Positions 44,582-60,251 of a DNA stretch of 64,000 bases are shown piece by piece. Source of the stretch: the human T2T-CHM13v2.0 reference genome, Homo sapiens; NCBI RefSeq assembly GCF_009914755.1, contig NC_060931.1; one strand, 5' to 3'. Position numbers and translations under genes: made by a program. Below the pieces are notes generated by a model. It was not told the origin of the DNA, did no database searches, and saw only the letters and a program-made list of their open reading frames with translations. Every line of letters starts with the position of its first letter. Position 1 is the stretch's first letter.

Positions 44582-44746
44582 CGTACTTCACTCTGGAACA
44601 CATTTTCAGGACTGCCTTTTTTCCCCCTCATTAGTGACATGGAAATGGAGACTAGTTTAAAGTTAAGATATGATGTCGAACTAACATCTGTCTCTATTAA
44701 GAACATCTCCTTGATGGTGTATGAGATTACCTCTTTGACAAAAGTC
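44582..44746 (-). pseudogene. Candidate exon with a consensus donor
   Basis: Donor ACG|GTAAGT. Acceptors at 44747-44748 or 44756-44757 give 165 or 174 nt (both 3n). One frame is fully open (ORF 44578..44766), but in phase 2. Confidence 0.4.
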
Positions 44747-45446
44747 CTGTAGATTCTTGTGGACAATGAAACAAGTCAATCCCGCTCATAAAACATCACA
44801 TTCTACTATGTCAGATAGTAAGTACTGCCTACAAGCAAGGACCTGCCTATCAAATATAAATTCTGAAAGTGTTTTCTGTCATTTGCATGCAATCAGATAA
44901 TATTGCAAACTACCTGGGCCAGGAGAGCCTGGCCGTGTCATTCCTTGTGATGTCTCTGAGTGTTGTAGTCAGCTGTTGCTGGGGCTTCATCTGCCACAGG
45001 CACGCATGTGACTAATACGAGAATGTCCCCTTGTCAGAGAGCGGCAGCTGCTGCATGTATGTAGCCTGTGTGTTGTGGTGTGAGTCAAAAGCACCAACAT
45101 CAATAGCTGTGATTTCTAAAGTGCTGTGTAAAAGAGAGCAGGGCTGTGTCAGTGTCTTATCTGCAATGAGTAGTCAAGAGAAGAGATGTGTTTCAAAAGT
45201 TGGGTCTCCTTCTTTACTAGGTTTCAAAATGATTATGGGTTCGTTGGTGAATGTACTCAAGAATTTGGATAAGAAATGTTTTTCTCTACGATGTTGCCTG
45301 TTTAGTTTCTTTAAAGCATTCTCACAATCTATAATTATCTTCTGCATTTGTTTACCAGTTTAATGTGTGTTGCTCCCAGTAGAATGTAAACTCCATGAAT
45401 ACAATAACATTGTCTTGTTCTCCTTAGTGTCAACCTAACACCTACC

Positions 45447-45564
45447 CAGGGGCACAGCCACAGCCTATGGCTTGGTAGACTGTGCACTGTACAATTCACT
45501 GTACTATGTGATATTCACATAGACCACAATGTACAGCCTGTGTAAGCTCTACATGGCAGCCCTG
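45447..45564. mobile_element. MER91-like hAT element nested in an L2 fragment (about 45310-45615)
   Basis: cagggg..tgtgcactgtacaa..attcacatagaccacaatg..acatggcagccctg. Confidence 0.65.
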
Positions 45565-45619
45565 AGGGGCTGGAACATAGTAGAAACTCAATAAATACCT
45601 TAGAAATAAATGCATAAAT

Positions 45620-45919
45620 TTTTTTCTTTCTGTTTTTTTAGACCGTCTCGCCCCATTGCTCAGGCTGGAGTACAGTGGCATGATCATGGCTCACTACAGC
45701 CTTGACCTCTTGGGCTCAAGGGATCCTCCCACCTCAGCCTCCTGAGTAGCTGGAACTACAGGCGTGTACCACCATGACCGGCTAATTTTTTATTTTTTGT
45801 AGAGATAGAGTTTCACTATATTGCTCTCAGGCTGGTTTCAAACTCCTGGGCTCCAGCAATCCTCCTGCCTTTGTCGTCCAAAATGCTGGTATTACAGGCA
45901 TGAGCCACCAAGCCCAGCC
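45620..45919 (-). mobile_element. AluJ
   Basis: Dimer with J diagnostics. Confidence 0.94.
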
Positions 45920-46005
45920 AGATTTTTTCTGATATTATTTTTCTTATGTTACAGTGGACAGAAACTATCACTTACTTTATTGCCGAATGATGAATAACTA
46001 TAAGG

Positions 46006-46171
46006 CAGTGGTTTTTAGCATATATGAGAATCACCTGGTAGGCTTTTAAAAGCAGGACTAGTTGTGCCCTGCCCTCAGGGGTCCCTGATTCAGTAGGTCT
46101 GGAGTGGGACCAGCAACCTTCTTAGGGGATGCTGGTGCTGCTCTTCTGGAGCCACACTTTCAGAACCATTG
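46006..46171. mobile_element. MER5A (hAT-Charlie)
   Basis: cagtggttt..agaatcacctgg..ctgattcagtaggtctgg..ccacactttcagaaccattg. Confidence 0.85.
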
Positions 46172-46619
46172 CTGTAAGATCCACAGATCATGATAATGAT
46201 AATGGTGATGAGAGATCATGCCAGTGACAGTCTTTCTCTTCCCTTCTTCATTCTGTCTTTACATTGGAGCTCAGTTACTGTCTTGAAAGTGTGGTCTAAA
46301 CTTTAATCCTGCTGCCAACTTTTGATGACTACTTGTATCTATAGCTCAAAGTCCAAATTCTTTCATGTGGTGCTTGAAGCCATCTTCCACCTTTGGAAGG
46401 CACTAGTCATTCTCCAATACCCCACTCCAATCTGTGTGCAAGCTCCAGGCAGGCTTAGACCCACGTACCCCAACTCTGGCTATATATCAGAATCACCCAA
46501 GGAGCTCTCAGAAAGTACAGATGGCTAGTCTCTGTTCCGGAGATTCTGATTTGATAGGTCCCAAATGAGTCCTGTATTTTTTAAAAGCTTCGCAAGTGCA
46601 TTAAACTACCAACTTATGA

Positions 46620-48776
<2,157 letters not shown>

Positions 48777-48844
48777 GAGTGGAGATGTTCCTTACAACAT
48801 TGTTAACAGAAGCACTAAAACTCAAAATAACTTAAATATTAACT

Positions 48845-49400
48845 ATAATTTATTGTATATTATCAGAAAGCTAAAAGAGGATTTTAAATGCTCACCAAGC
48901 AAAGAAATGATTAATGTTTGAAATGGTGGATATGCTAATTACCCTGATTTGATAATTACACACTGTATCAAAATATCACTCTGTATTTTATAAATAAGTA
49001 CAATTATTATGAGTCAACTGAAAAGAAAAAAGGAAAGTTAAGAAGCCAGGTACACACACCAAGAAATGACTTAAATGGTAAGCAACAAGGGACATGTCAA
49101 ATAAATTACAGCACCTCCATACATTGGAATATTTTGAAATTATTTAAAAAGTATGATTTGAATGACCCAAATATATTGTTAAGTGAAAGGGCAGGATTCA
49201 AAACTATATTTGCTATACAATTCCATCTTCCAATCAATATACACACATGAAATATCATAGAGAGAAATATAACACGTTGTTAACAGTGATTACTTAGAGG
49301 ATGGTGGCCTTACAGATTCTTTTATAGTTAAAGAGCTTTCAACTTTTCAAAAATTTTAATTGGTTGTCACAAAAAAGACAACATACAGAAAAATAAACAT
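48845..49400 (+). mobile_element. L1MA 3' end nested in an older L1ME 3' fragment
   Basis: gctaaaagaggattttaaatgctc..ggatatgctaattaccctgatttgat; then atattgttaagtgaaa..gttaacagtgattac. Confidence 0.7.
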
Positions 49401-50056
49401 TAAACACTCCTGATGTCATTTCATGCCCAGCTCAACTATCACCTCTTCTCTGAATTCTTCAGAGATTCCCCAATAGCATTACTCTTTATAAACCCTATGT
49501 ACCTCTTTATAATCCCATACTTTACATTCCTGGATGAGTTACAGTTCAACCTGTGCATATTGATCTTCCCACTTACTTCCAAGCTTCTTGGGGGTGCAGG
49601 CCTTAACCAGGAAGTCCCTGTGAGAAATATCACAAAACCCTGCAGAGAGATTCCTATAAGCCTACAGTCCTGTGAAGAGGCCTACACCTAACTTGAGGAC
49701 TGAGTAATGTGAGCACAAATCTGGTGGGTGTCATCATGTGTATTACAGGAATTGGGGGTCTGTAAGATTTTGCTATTAAATTAGGCAACAGTACTTTTCT
49801 GCATGCTTTTTGAATATAAGGAAACAGTATTAAGTAATAATTAGAAGAAAAGCATTCAGACATTAGACCTTAGAAAAATTAACCTTTATAAACCTCTGTT
49901 TCCTTATGAAACTATAAAATGAGAAGAGCAATATTACTTATAGGTGGATGTTGGTGAGAAATAAATTAGGTGATGCAAATTTGTAGGCGAAGTGCCTGGC
50001 CCACAGTCAGTCTGTTACATAATACATATATCACCAAGAAAATTCTATTATTTAAA

Positions 50057-50568
50057 TAGGGGTCCCCAACCCCTGGATCATGGATCAGTACTCGTCAGTA
50101 GCCTGTTAGCAACCAGGCCTCACAGCAGGAGTAAGCAGTGGACAAGCAAGTGAAGCTTCATCTGTATTTATAGCAACTCTTCATCACTCACATTACCACC
50201 TGAGCTCCGCCTCCTGTCAGATCAGCGGCAGCATTAGATTCTCATAGGAGCACAAACCCCATTGTGAACTGTGTGTGTGAGGGATCTAGGTTGTGCACTT
50301 CTTATGAGAATCTAATGCCTGATGATCTGTCACTGTCTCCCGTCATCCCCAGATGGGACCATCTAGTTGAAAGAAAACAAGCTCAGGGCTCCCACTGATT
50401 CTACATTATGGTGAGTTGTATAATTATTTCATTATATGTTACAATGTAATAATAATAGAAATAAAGTACACAATAAATGTAATGTGCTTAAATCATCCCC
50501 AAACCACCCCTGCCCCCCAGGTCCATGGAAGAAATGGTCTTCCACCAAACTGGTCCCTGGGATTGCTG
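50057..50568 (+). mobile_element. MER1A (hAT-Charlie)
   Basis: aggggtccccaacccc..gcctgttag..cctgtcagatcagcggcagcattagattctcatagg..gctcagggctcccactgattctac. Confidence 0.92.
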
Positions 50569-50714
50569 ATTTACAGTGATCTAATTGGCACAGCTCATCT
50601 TTCCCTTTCACGTCATGGAGTCATAATTTGACTCTCCCCTCCTTCACCTCCTCTTGCTTGAACCTAGTAAATTAGAATTTATCACCTGTTGGGAGAGAGA
50701 GCTATCATTCATTG

Positions 50715-50888
50715 CAGGGTCAGCTTCATGGGCAAGAAACCTGTGCAGTCGCTTGGCTTGTGCACAGAGGGGCCTGTGTGTGGTTGAATGCTCTGTTGTC
50801 ACCCTCTTGAGCTTTTTAAGAATTTTTGAACCAGGGGCCCTGCAGCTTCATTTTGCACTGGGCACTGCAAATTATGTAGCCACTTCTG
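50715..50888 (+). mobile_element. MER45A (hAT-Tip100)
   Basis: cagggtcagcttcatggg..cctgtgcagtcgc..cattttgcactgggc..caaattatgtagc. Confidence 0.85.
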
Positions 50889-50944
50889 TTAAGTAAGCTA
50901 TCCCATCTTACTGATCCCTAGCAGTTGCTGAAAGGTATGCTCAC

Positions 50945-51615
50945 TGATAGAAATGTAATAGTTTCCAGATTATTGAGGCATTAGAGGTGTTTGACTTTTC
51001 TAACTTTGCTCGTGTATAATTTGAGAAAACCGCCTTTGCCCCAGAGAGGCAGCATCTAGGGAGACTGGGCTTAGGAGATCATTTCACTGCTGATGGGCTG
51101 ATGTTTGCTGTTGATTTTATGAGTCCCAGTTTAGATTTCTTCTGCTCTGCCTGCCCTGTCTGTTACCTGAGTTATTTATAGAAACAACCATCACTCTTGC
51201 TACAAAAGCAAACTACTATTTGTTTTATCTTAGTTTTCTAAATAAATTGCTAAAAGCCACATTGCTCCTGGTTTTGGTGGCTTTTGCTGTTTTCCAATCC
51301 TAATACTCTGGATGCTGTTTTGCAAGATTGGAACCAACTCCGGCCACGATTTGTGCTAGATTCTCCTTCTCAAGTGATGTCTATTTCAGAAGCCAGGCTG
51401 GGAAGGATTTTTGCAGCTCTTTAATGTGCAAACAGAAGAGGATTTCTTTGAATCAGGGCAGATTTCTGGGTGGTTCCACATGGCCTCTAAATCCAGACAG
51501 TGTGGACATGAGGGATGTGGCCCACCTTCCTGACTTGGTCTGACTTCTTGATTTGCAGATTGATCCTCCTGGAAAGGTATTTGAGTCTTGTTTGCACTTA
51601 ACGGCTATTCTGGCT
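50945..51615 (-). pseudogene. Fossil coding exon
   Basis: Acceptor ctgattgttcttgagtctttcctag (51616-51617). Phase-1 frame with about 72 open codons (PLSANKTQIPFQEDQSANQEVRPSQEGG..SKKSSSVCTLK). Donor at 51167 (CAG|GTAACA) or 50945 (TCA|GTGAGC). Confidence 0.5.
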
Positions 51616-52104
51616 CTAGGAAAGACTCAAGAACAATCAGTAGTAGCTAGATGATTTGGACTAGGGTTGAAAAGTAGATGTCAATGCCATTTTTATAGCA
51701 TTGAAGAAGGCAGGAATTCACATTAGAGACAGTCAGGAGACTAATAGCTTCATTAACCAGCTACCGTGAGATCCACTCTCTGAGCCTCAGTTTTTGTCAT
51801 ACATAAAGGGTGATCTTGTTACTTATCCCTCCCCACATCATAGGGTTGTTGTAAGGATCAAATGGGATGGGAAAGAGCTCTTTATTAATCCTGCAAATGT
51901 ATCAGAGCTGTACTCTGTGATGCCTACTTTTACAAATCTAAGCACAGAATTAAAGTTTTTTTCCATTTTCCACCCTGGTGTCCCTCCACCTCCCAATTTT
52001 AGGTGGACAGGAGTCTCTTGGCAGAGTGAATAGCATATGCTAAGGGGTGGAGGCTAAAGTGGCACCATCTGTTTAGTTCCAAAATGGCTAGGGCATAGGG
52101 GAGT

Positions 52105-52521
52105 GCATTAGTTTTATCTAAGGACCACCTCAAACTGGATGGTTGAAAATAACAGAAATTTATTCTTTCACAGTTTAGAGGTGAGAAGTAGAAATCAAAG
52201 TGTCAGCAGGGTTGATTCCCTCTAGGGACTCTAGGGGACAATCTGTTCCTCTTTCAGTTTCTGGTGGCTGCTGGCAGCCATTGGCTTGTGGCCACATCAT
52301 CCCAGTCTCTTTTTCCATGACCTATTTCCTCATCCTTTGTGTGTGGTCAAATCTCCCTATGCCTCCCTCTTTTTAGGACCTACCTAGATAATCCAGGATA
52401 ATCTTCCTATCTCAAGAGTCTTAACTTTATCACATCTGCAAAGACCCTTTTTTGCCACAACATTCAGAAGTTGCAAGGATTCAGAAGTGGCCATCTCTGT
52501 GGGGCGCTATTCTGCCTGCCA
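52105..52521. mobile_element. MLT1A/B/C-type MaLR solo LTR within an L2
   Basis: caaactggatgg..aacagaaatttattctttcacag..gtgtcagcagggttg..ataatccaggataatct..cacatctgcaaagaccc. Confidence 0.85.
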
Positions 52522-52986
52522 TGGAGAGGGAGATGGAAAGATCTCGAAAGATCATTTAAGCCTTGCTCAGGTATTTGGAATGTATCCTGAGTGCAGTGAG
52601 GAGTCACCAGGGGTTTTAAGAGTCTGTGGAGGTGGGCTCGAGGGTCAGGAGCAGAGGCAGGATGTCTGGTTAGGACACCACTGCAGCACAGGGGCCCATG
52701 CCTACAAGTAGGAGGAAGCCTTGTGCTCCCTTTTGGGATTGTGGAGAGGCTGCAGCTTGTGGCCAGTCTTAACGTCAGAAGTTATTCCGAGCACTCCCTG
52801 AGCCTCCTGGTGCTTTGACTTAACTCACACTAGGGCCTCTAAACCTCAATGTCAAACATTCAGGGGGTTGTGTTCTGGCAAGAGGTGCAACTGTTTTTGT
52901 GTTCTCTTCCTTTTGCTTGGAAAAGAATGAGAGCGCATAAAAGCTCTCATTATTGATAATTATTGATTATCAATACAAAATCTCAC

Positions 52987-53375
52987 CTTTTTCAGGAGTA
53001 TTTCTGATTGAATGAGTAACATAGTCTTAGGAAAGCATCTTGGTTGGGATTTCAGATATAAGGAAGCAGTTGGAGGGAGTTTGGGGGAAATAGATTTTCC
53101 TGCCCTCTGTGGGCAAAGTCTACCCTGTTCTTTGGAGTTTTCCAAATCCCAGCTCACACCCAGACATCTGAACCTACTCAGTTTGATGAGGAAAGATGAA
53201 GAGGCCAGCCTAAAGCTCTGATTTATATTTATTCTGCAAGATATCAATGGCCTCATTTTACTAAAGTCTATTGCATTCTTTGTATGTCTTAAACACAGTT
53301 CCACAGAATTTTAATGCTTTCCACTTCAACCCTTAAAACTTATCTATAGTTCCAAAAGTATATATCTTAATACTG
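52987..53375 (-). pseudogene. Fossil coding exon
   Basis: The 114-codon ORF 52960..53304 crosses a strong donor AAG|GTGAGA (52987/52986). Acceptor tttcatccttcctag (53376-53377) is phase 1 to that frame. Confidence 0.5.
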
Positions 53376-53548
53376 CTAGGAAGGATGAAATATCATGGTC
53401 TTAAATTTCTTTTCTCAGTCTCAAAATAAACTATCAATAATAACCATAATGAATATTTGTATTATTTTTAAAAAAGATGTTTACAGATGGAAATTTAGGA
53501 ATGCCACGAAAGAAGACTGAAAAAAGTATTAAAAATATTGTCACACCA

Positions 53549-53856
53549 GACCGGGCACGGTGGCTCATGCCTGTAATCCCAGCACTTTGGGAGGCCGAGG
53601 TGAGCGGATCACGAGGTCAGGAGATCAAGACCAGCCTGGCCAATATGGTGAAACTCCATCTCTACCAAAAATACGAAAAATTAGCCAGGTGGGGTGGCCC
53701 ACACCTGTAGTCCCACCTACTCAGGAGGCTGAGGCAGAATAATCACTTGAACTCAGGAGATGGAGGTTGCAGTGAGCGGAGATCGTGCCACTGTACTCCA
53801 GCCTAGGTGACAGAGCAAGACTCGGTCTAAAGAAAAACAACAACCAAAAAAAAAAC
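53549..53856 (+). mobile_element. AluS (Sc/Sg-like)
   Basis: Dimer; 15-bp TSD aatattgtcacacca at 53534-53548 and 53857-53871. Confidence 0.96.
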
Positions 53857-56467
53857 AATATTGTCACACCAAACCAAGCCTTGCTCTTCTAATAAAACTC
53901 CAAAATGTCTTCTAATGTAAGGTCATCTCTTTAACTCTTTTGTGAAGAGCAAATGGTACATGCTGAAGCATGGAGGCCTGGCTTGTGGCTGGCAGCTGCA
54001 CTGTGCCTTTGCAGGAATCTCTTGGTTATTGGTCTGCTCATTGTTCTCAGAACATTATACCGTGAGCCGTAGAAAAGAATGTTCATGTGATTTGTTGTAC
54101 CATTGTGTTTATATTTTCTGTAGGGCAGGAGAGGTGGGTAATGAACTGCTGAAAATTGTTTACAAGCTTGTAGATGTCCCTATGCATTTAGCTGCAAATC
54201 TGTATTAAAGGAAGAGAAAGAATTCACTTTGGTAACTAATGAAAAAGAAAAGAAAGGTAAGAGCTGCTTTTTGGGAACAAATAAAAATATTACCTAATAA
54301 AGTTCAGCACACAATGAAATTAGGTTTTCCATGAAACTTCATAAACCTTTGATTTTCTTTCCTTATTGATATTTTTTTGTTGAATTGTAAATTCTCTTGG
54401 CTTTCAGAAATACGTTGAGTCCTGGCCCTGAAAGAACTTAGTATTTGTTAAATTCCTGCTTATTTGAGCTTCTCTTTTGCTTTAATACAGTATAAAAGAA
54501 AAAAAGTTATAGCACCCTTACACCTTCTTTCCTGTAATTCATTCCCGAGTTAATGAATGTTAGCAGTTTTGTGTGTAATCTTCCACATGTCATATGCTTT
54601 TGAAACATTAAAAAACATGTAAATGTATATGGATCTATAAAATCATATGTACATTTATTTATCTAACAGACAGTTAAAGCAATAATTTGCTAACTAAACA
54701 GTTTTTTATGAAATTGTTGTATGTATCATCTCTGTTCTAGATGCTGAAGATACAGCATGGAACAAAACTAGTATAAACCCCTGCCTTCATTTGCATTCTA
54801 GTGGATTGTTTTTTTCTGAAGAAAATCTCAAGATCAGAAGTAGCTGTGGCATAGAGAAGTACATGCAATGAGGATATTATGCATCAAAACCACTTTAGGA
54901 AGTTCTCTCGCCTTTGGTGGTCTCCAAGTTGGTCCTCATAATGGTCAAGTTTAGCATCAAAAGAGGCTGCCAAAGGACCTAGTGAACTGATAAAACGAAA
55001 TGATTACCTCATTGTGTTAAGCACTATTCTCTTTGTGGGCAAGGCAAGAAACCGAGTTCCGTATACAGAGCTCACCTTCACAGGGTTTGGCCTAATTGAG
55101 GAGATAAAATGTTTACTATGGTTTCCTGAGAACTGCTGAAGGAGCATGCAGAAGAGTTGAAGCCAGGTCTAGTTGATCAGTGAAGCTGTCTGGGAAGCTC
55201 TCTGCTCATTAGAAACTTCAAAGATGATAGAGAATTCTAAATTTATTAAATAGCATTCTATGCAAAAGAGATAGCAATGTTTACCCAAACAGTGTCTGCT
55301 TTATAAGCAAGATGGCTTGACTGACCAGAGATGGACATTTGGGGAATAAGAGGCACTTAAGGAGTGAGGGAGCTGAAGGAGTGAAGACTCCCAGAGCTGA
55401 GGTTTTTGTATTAGTCTTTGAACTTCCAGGACCAACCTAGGGCAAGTTTGGGCCCATTGCAGTCACCCAGATAATTTTTAAAATAAAATAAATGGGCTGG
55501 GGTGAGGGTAAAAGGAGGAACTTTATTGAGGATCTGGACAGTTAGATTGAAGAGTTTAAACATTTATTATTTTATTCTATGTAGAAGGATTATTGAACTA
55601 CGTCAATTATTGAAGAAACTGAATTCCTGAGAAATCTTCAAAAGATTTCAAAAGTTGAATCAAGGAACTATGGACAAGGGAGCAAAAGAGGCTGACATAT
55701 TTAGGAAGTCTAAAGAGGAGGATCACAACCACAAGCCAAATAGCACATCCCATCAAAATAGGTCTTCCTTCTTATTTCTCTTCCTCCCTCCCTTCCTTCT
55801 CTCTTTCCTTCCTTCTTCAAATATTTATAAAGTACCTTTGAGGTGTCAGGCACTGAGAATACGAAATTGAACACAACTTGGGCTCTTTTAAGAATTTGCC
55901 TTTTAAAAAGAAAACTACTGTATCTCCTTGCTTCTGAATAAAGTCACAGGATAAATAATATAAAAAGCTCACTTATGATAAGAAGTATTGAGATCTTATC
56001 ATCATATATAGGAAATAAAACCATGTTGGACTGGAAGAGTCTGTTATTTTAAAAAGTTTCTCATATTGCATAATTGGTTCTGAAGAACTATGGATAAACC
56101 TAATAATTTCAAGGTAGTGTCCTATTTCCTATGATATGCATTATAATTTCTTTGGAGCTATATCTTAATTGTTGATGGCCTTTCAATATGCTATAGTGTC
56201 TATCAGTTTCTTTTAGGCTTATTCTATCACAATTTTCATTCTCTATTAATCCCCTAAGTGTCTCTATAAGTAAATAACTAGATTATTTGGAAAGTTGCTG
56301 TTTAAAGAACTACTTGTAAGTTCAAGTGGCCTTTGGAGTGTGAATAAGTACCCATAATTCATCTATGATCAGGCAACACCTTTGTGAGTTTCTCTTATGG
56401 TTTGAATGGTGTTTACTGCTTTCTAGTACCTCCACGGGAATCATCAACTATCTTTCTAAATGCTTAC

Positions 56468-56846
56468 TTTTTATGTGAAAGATCTCAGGCAAAACTGTCA
56501 TTTGGTGTAATTATTATAGCAAATCCTTTAGAATTGTCCAAGGGTATATTCTTCTTCCAGGGCATTAGACACACTGCAGGAACACAGCTCTGGAGATTTC
56601 AAGGGTCCTCCTTGCTCCTCCTGGAGGAGTATTTGATCTATGGTAGCCTCCTTTCTCCACTGGAGTTCAAGTGGCCCAGGTCATTATTGACTCATGCGGA
56701 ATTTACAATTTACAGGCAAGAGATTGATGGCTTCTGCAATGAACGCTTTCATTCCTTCACATAGCAGCACATTTGGTCACTTAGAGTGGACATTTCATGC
56801 CAATTTTTTAGTGGCACCTTCTTCAGATTTCTCTCTCCACTTAAAT
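56468..56846 (-). pseudogene. Fossil coding exon
   Basis: Acceptor ttttttattttctcttgaaatatcag (56847-56848). Phase-1 frame LSGERNLKKVPLKNWHEMS, later EATIDQILLQEEQGGPLKSPELCSCSVSNALEEEY. Donor AAA|GTAAGC; 126-aa shadow ORF on +. Confidence 0.5.
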
Positions 56847-57704
56847 CTGATATTTCAAGAGAAAATAAAAAAGTAAACTATTTTTTGCCACTCTAGAGTA
56901 TCTCTAGTGTCTTTTTACAAAAATTCACTCAATATCAAAACAAAGAGTTTATTTCCTCCATAAGTTAAGAATTAATAAGTTCATTGAGAAATCTGCAGTG
57001 AGACAAGGTACTATGCTTACAAAAAAATCTACTTTGAAAACAACTACATTGCCATTTTAGAACATACTTGGAATTGGTGAGCATATGATGTTTATGAGAG
57101 AGAGAGAACCAGATCACACAGTTTCGACCAGTGTATGCCATTTATTATAAGTAATCAAATAAAACCTGCCTGAGCAGAGAGAAGTAACTCCTTGGCACAT
57201 TTGTTGAGCCTATTTGCAAATGTGTAGTGTTGACTGACCTGCATTGTAACCTTCTTACTTCTAACCGGCAATGGTTTTAACAGGTCCTAATGTAACTGGA
57301 ATGACTCTTAAAGGGTTTTCCAAGTGTTTTTATTTGCTCCGAAATATTCTCACCCTTTGACTGCAGTTAGGTATTTGGGTCTGGGGCATTTTGAGTTCCT
57401 TGGGCAATTTGTAGGGAAAGAACAGCTCCAGTGGAAAGGTTGGTACCCCAGACTTCTCACCCCTTTCTCAGAAGCTGCTTTGTACAGTTTTAAGGGTGTG
57501 GGGTTGTGGATGATTCTTATTGTATTATGTTTTCTTTAAGAGAGAGAAAGAATAACATAACCCATCCTCTATTCATTTTTACTTATTTGCTTTTCTCATC
57601 CTGGATCCAGAAAGGGCATGAGGAAGCTTACCTGCACAGAGATCACACAAGGAAAACTGCAATTTAAAATAGGTAGAGGAGGAAATTACAAAGAGAAAAT
57701 GCAC

Positions 57705-58230
57705 TCATTTTTAAAACAAATACCTATTGAGTGCCTGCTATGTGCACAGAATTGAGCTGAGCAGTAAAGCTTCAGGGATGAGCTGAACACTTCTCTTGCA
57801 TGGAGCTTACAGTCTAAGGGAGAAACAAATGCTTATCAAATAACCACATGTGCTAAATGTTATGGGAGGAAGAGCACTGGAAATGATGATCTAATTTACT
57901 TCAAAGGAGGGAGGAGGCATATGATTAACTTTCCCTGAAGGCTGAATAAGGATGAACTGCTTTTGGAGGGTGGGCATGGTAGTGGTGGGAGAATGTTAAT
58001 GTGACTGTAATGGAACCATGGATGCCAAGGCCTAGGGGACACAGGACTTGATGCTTTTGAGGAAGCAAAGGGTGCCTGAGGGCAGGAAGGCAGAGGGAGG
58101 CAGGGTGAGGAACTAGGCCAGAGGGTAGGTGGGGCAGCTCAGGAAACCTCTTTGTAAGAGCCATCATGGGCCATTGGAGGCAACAGCAGGAGAGTGATAT
58201 GATTAGATTTGGTTTTACAATGAAAACAGG
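57705..58230 (-). mobile_element. L2 fragment
   Basis: aacaaatacctattgagtgcctgctatgtgc..catggagcttacagtcta..ccattggag..cagcaggagagtgatatgattagattt. Confidence 0.8.
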
Positions 58231-58945
58231 AAAGATAAAATGAAGTTCTGGGTAAGGTGAGCACACCCAAATCTAAACTGTATAGTTTGATAGCCACGTT
58301 TGATAGCTGGGATCGCAGTTTAGAGAGAGAAAAGCAGGAAAGTGCTTAGCAGTGGTTGGGAAGAGATGTAGCTCAGCCTGAGTTAGGAGGCCCCTTCAAG
58401 GCCCCAGGGAGGGCTGGGCTTCAAGTTGTGGGTTTCTTCAGTGAAGGTGATGGTGGTGAGTTGATAGAAATTATTTTATTTCTGATTCTCATCGAGGCAC
58501 AGGAAACTGAGACTCAGGAGTAGAATGAGTTGCCCAAGGTCACACTACATATTCAGCGCACAGTGGACTCTTTATCCCCAGGCAAGGGGTCTTTCCACCA
58601 GGCTGCTTTCTATGCTCCAAATAATTAGTTCATACCATTTAAGTAATTTTATAGAGAACTTAATGGCTTGAATATTTTTAAAAATATATAATATTATCTG
58701 GAAAAATTAGGTTATAAAAATATAGGTACAAAAAAGAGCTTAACTGCATAAATACATTTCCATATATTTCTATGTGAATTTGCATATACACATAGAAAAA
58801 GTCATAGAAGAATGTGTATTAAAACATTATATTATCTGAGTGGTGGGACTACAGACAGGGTTTATCAAATTCTTTATTTTCTTTTATACTTTCTAAATGT
58901 TCTACAATAACAATGTTATTATTTAAAAAATTCTTAGGTTGTATA

Positions 58946-59024
58946 TTCGGTTGGTACAAAAGTAATTGGGGTGTTTGCCACACTTTTAATGGCAAAAACC
59001 ACAATTACTTTCTTACAAACCTAA
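58946..59024. mobile_element. MADE1 (Hsmar1-derived MITE)
   Basis: ttcggttggtacaaaagtaattg..ttttaatggcaaaaaccacaattacttt..acctaa, about 80-bp inverted-repeat element. Confidence 0.9.
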
Positions 59025-60251
59025 TGGACATTTTCTGTCTGATAAAATTTCCAGGAAAACTAAGTATAACATAATCAAGTGAATCCTACTGCAAGTATAG
59101 GGCATATTTATGTGTATTTACTTGTAGGAGACGTGTGAGCTGTTTGGACATGAGTGTACAGAACAAAAAGATTCTGGAAAAATACAAATTTAACCTATAT
59201 GGGAGTTGAGGTCACTTGTAAACTAATAAAGAATGAACAAGGAAACAGGTTTTCATTTGTAAACATTGATTTTTATGAAACATACTTTGAAAGGGATGGA
59301 GAAAGTCCCAGGCCAGGGTAGGTTCTCTCCAATCTCTTTCCCTTTTTTGTCTTCCATTGTAAAAACACTCCAGTGTTTTTGCATTTCTGTTCTTCTTCCA
59401 ACTCTTCACATGGCAACTTAGAGAAGTGGGAAGAGTTGGATTATTGGAGGAACATGGGATGCTCTGGAAATTTCAGAGGAAATCAACTTCTCTCAAACCA
59501 GAGTACAAACAGGTAACCTTGGGATATAGCTTGTCTTAGATTGCCTGATTTGTGTCCTATACTTCATTTCAGGGAGACCTCCCTGCTGCAGGAGCCCCAC
59601 ACACCTAGAAGAGATGGAAATCTGCAGCCCACACTCACTTTTATGCAGTCTATGACCATACACACTCATGCACACTCTCCAAATCTTCTAAAGTAGTTTT
59701 TAAATACTTCAAATGTTTTCCAAAGGAGGCATCACTTCTTTCCACCCCTAGGCACTGCCCACAACCATGCCCTATTTAATTACTTTCACCATACATGAAT
59801 ATGGCAGAAGCCCTCTCAGGACAAGAGAAACCTTTTAACAACTAGGGTGGGCCCTTCTGCCCATCAGCAGAAAAGCTGGCACAGAACAGAAAGGAATTTT
59901 CATCTTACCTAGGATATGGTTGACCTTTTTGCCAGTGGGCACTTTTCTGTAGACTGGTGGCTTTACAAGTTCAGGTTGGACCTTCTTGAGAATTGACAGG
60001 ATTTGACCAGGGGCCAAACCTGTGACATCTAGGTTCAGAAACTAGTTCACCTTCTGATCATGTTCTGAACTCTGGTTGCCTCTTATTTTCTACCCACTTC
60101 TTGGGTTCAGAGTCCCACATTTTTCTTCTGAGTTTTGATACGATAATTTCTAGTTATCTCTGGCATAACCATGTGCTTGTCCCAGCATCTATTCCTTGGG
60201 TTGACACTGATTTTGGATATCCTCCCCAGGAATAGAGGAATAGTGTTAACT

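Noticed and set aside
55575-55765. Plus-strand acceptor followed by a K/E-rich frame (RIIELRQLLKKLNS*EIFKRFQKL..)
   Set aside because: Short, contains a stop, has a weak donor and may be a CR1/L3-like relic; not separable from chance.
57625-57685. Minus-strand polypyrimidine-CAG|GTAAGC, resembling a recursive splice site or a 25-nt microexon
   Set aside because: The donor half lies in sequence resembling an ancient LINE (L4/RTE-like) 3' end, and there is no independent support.
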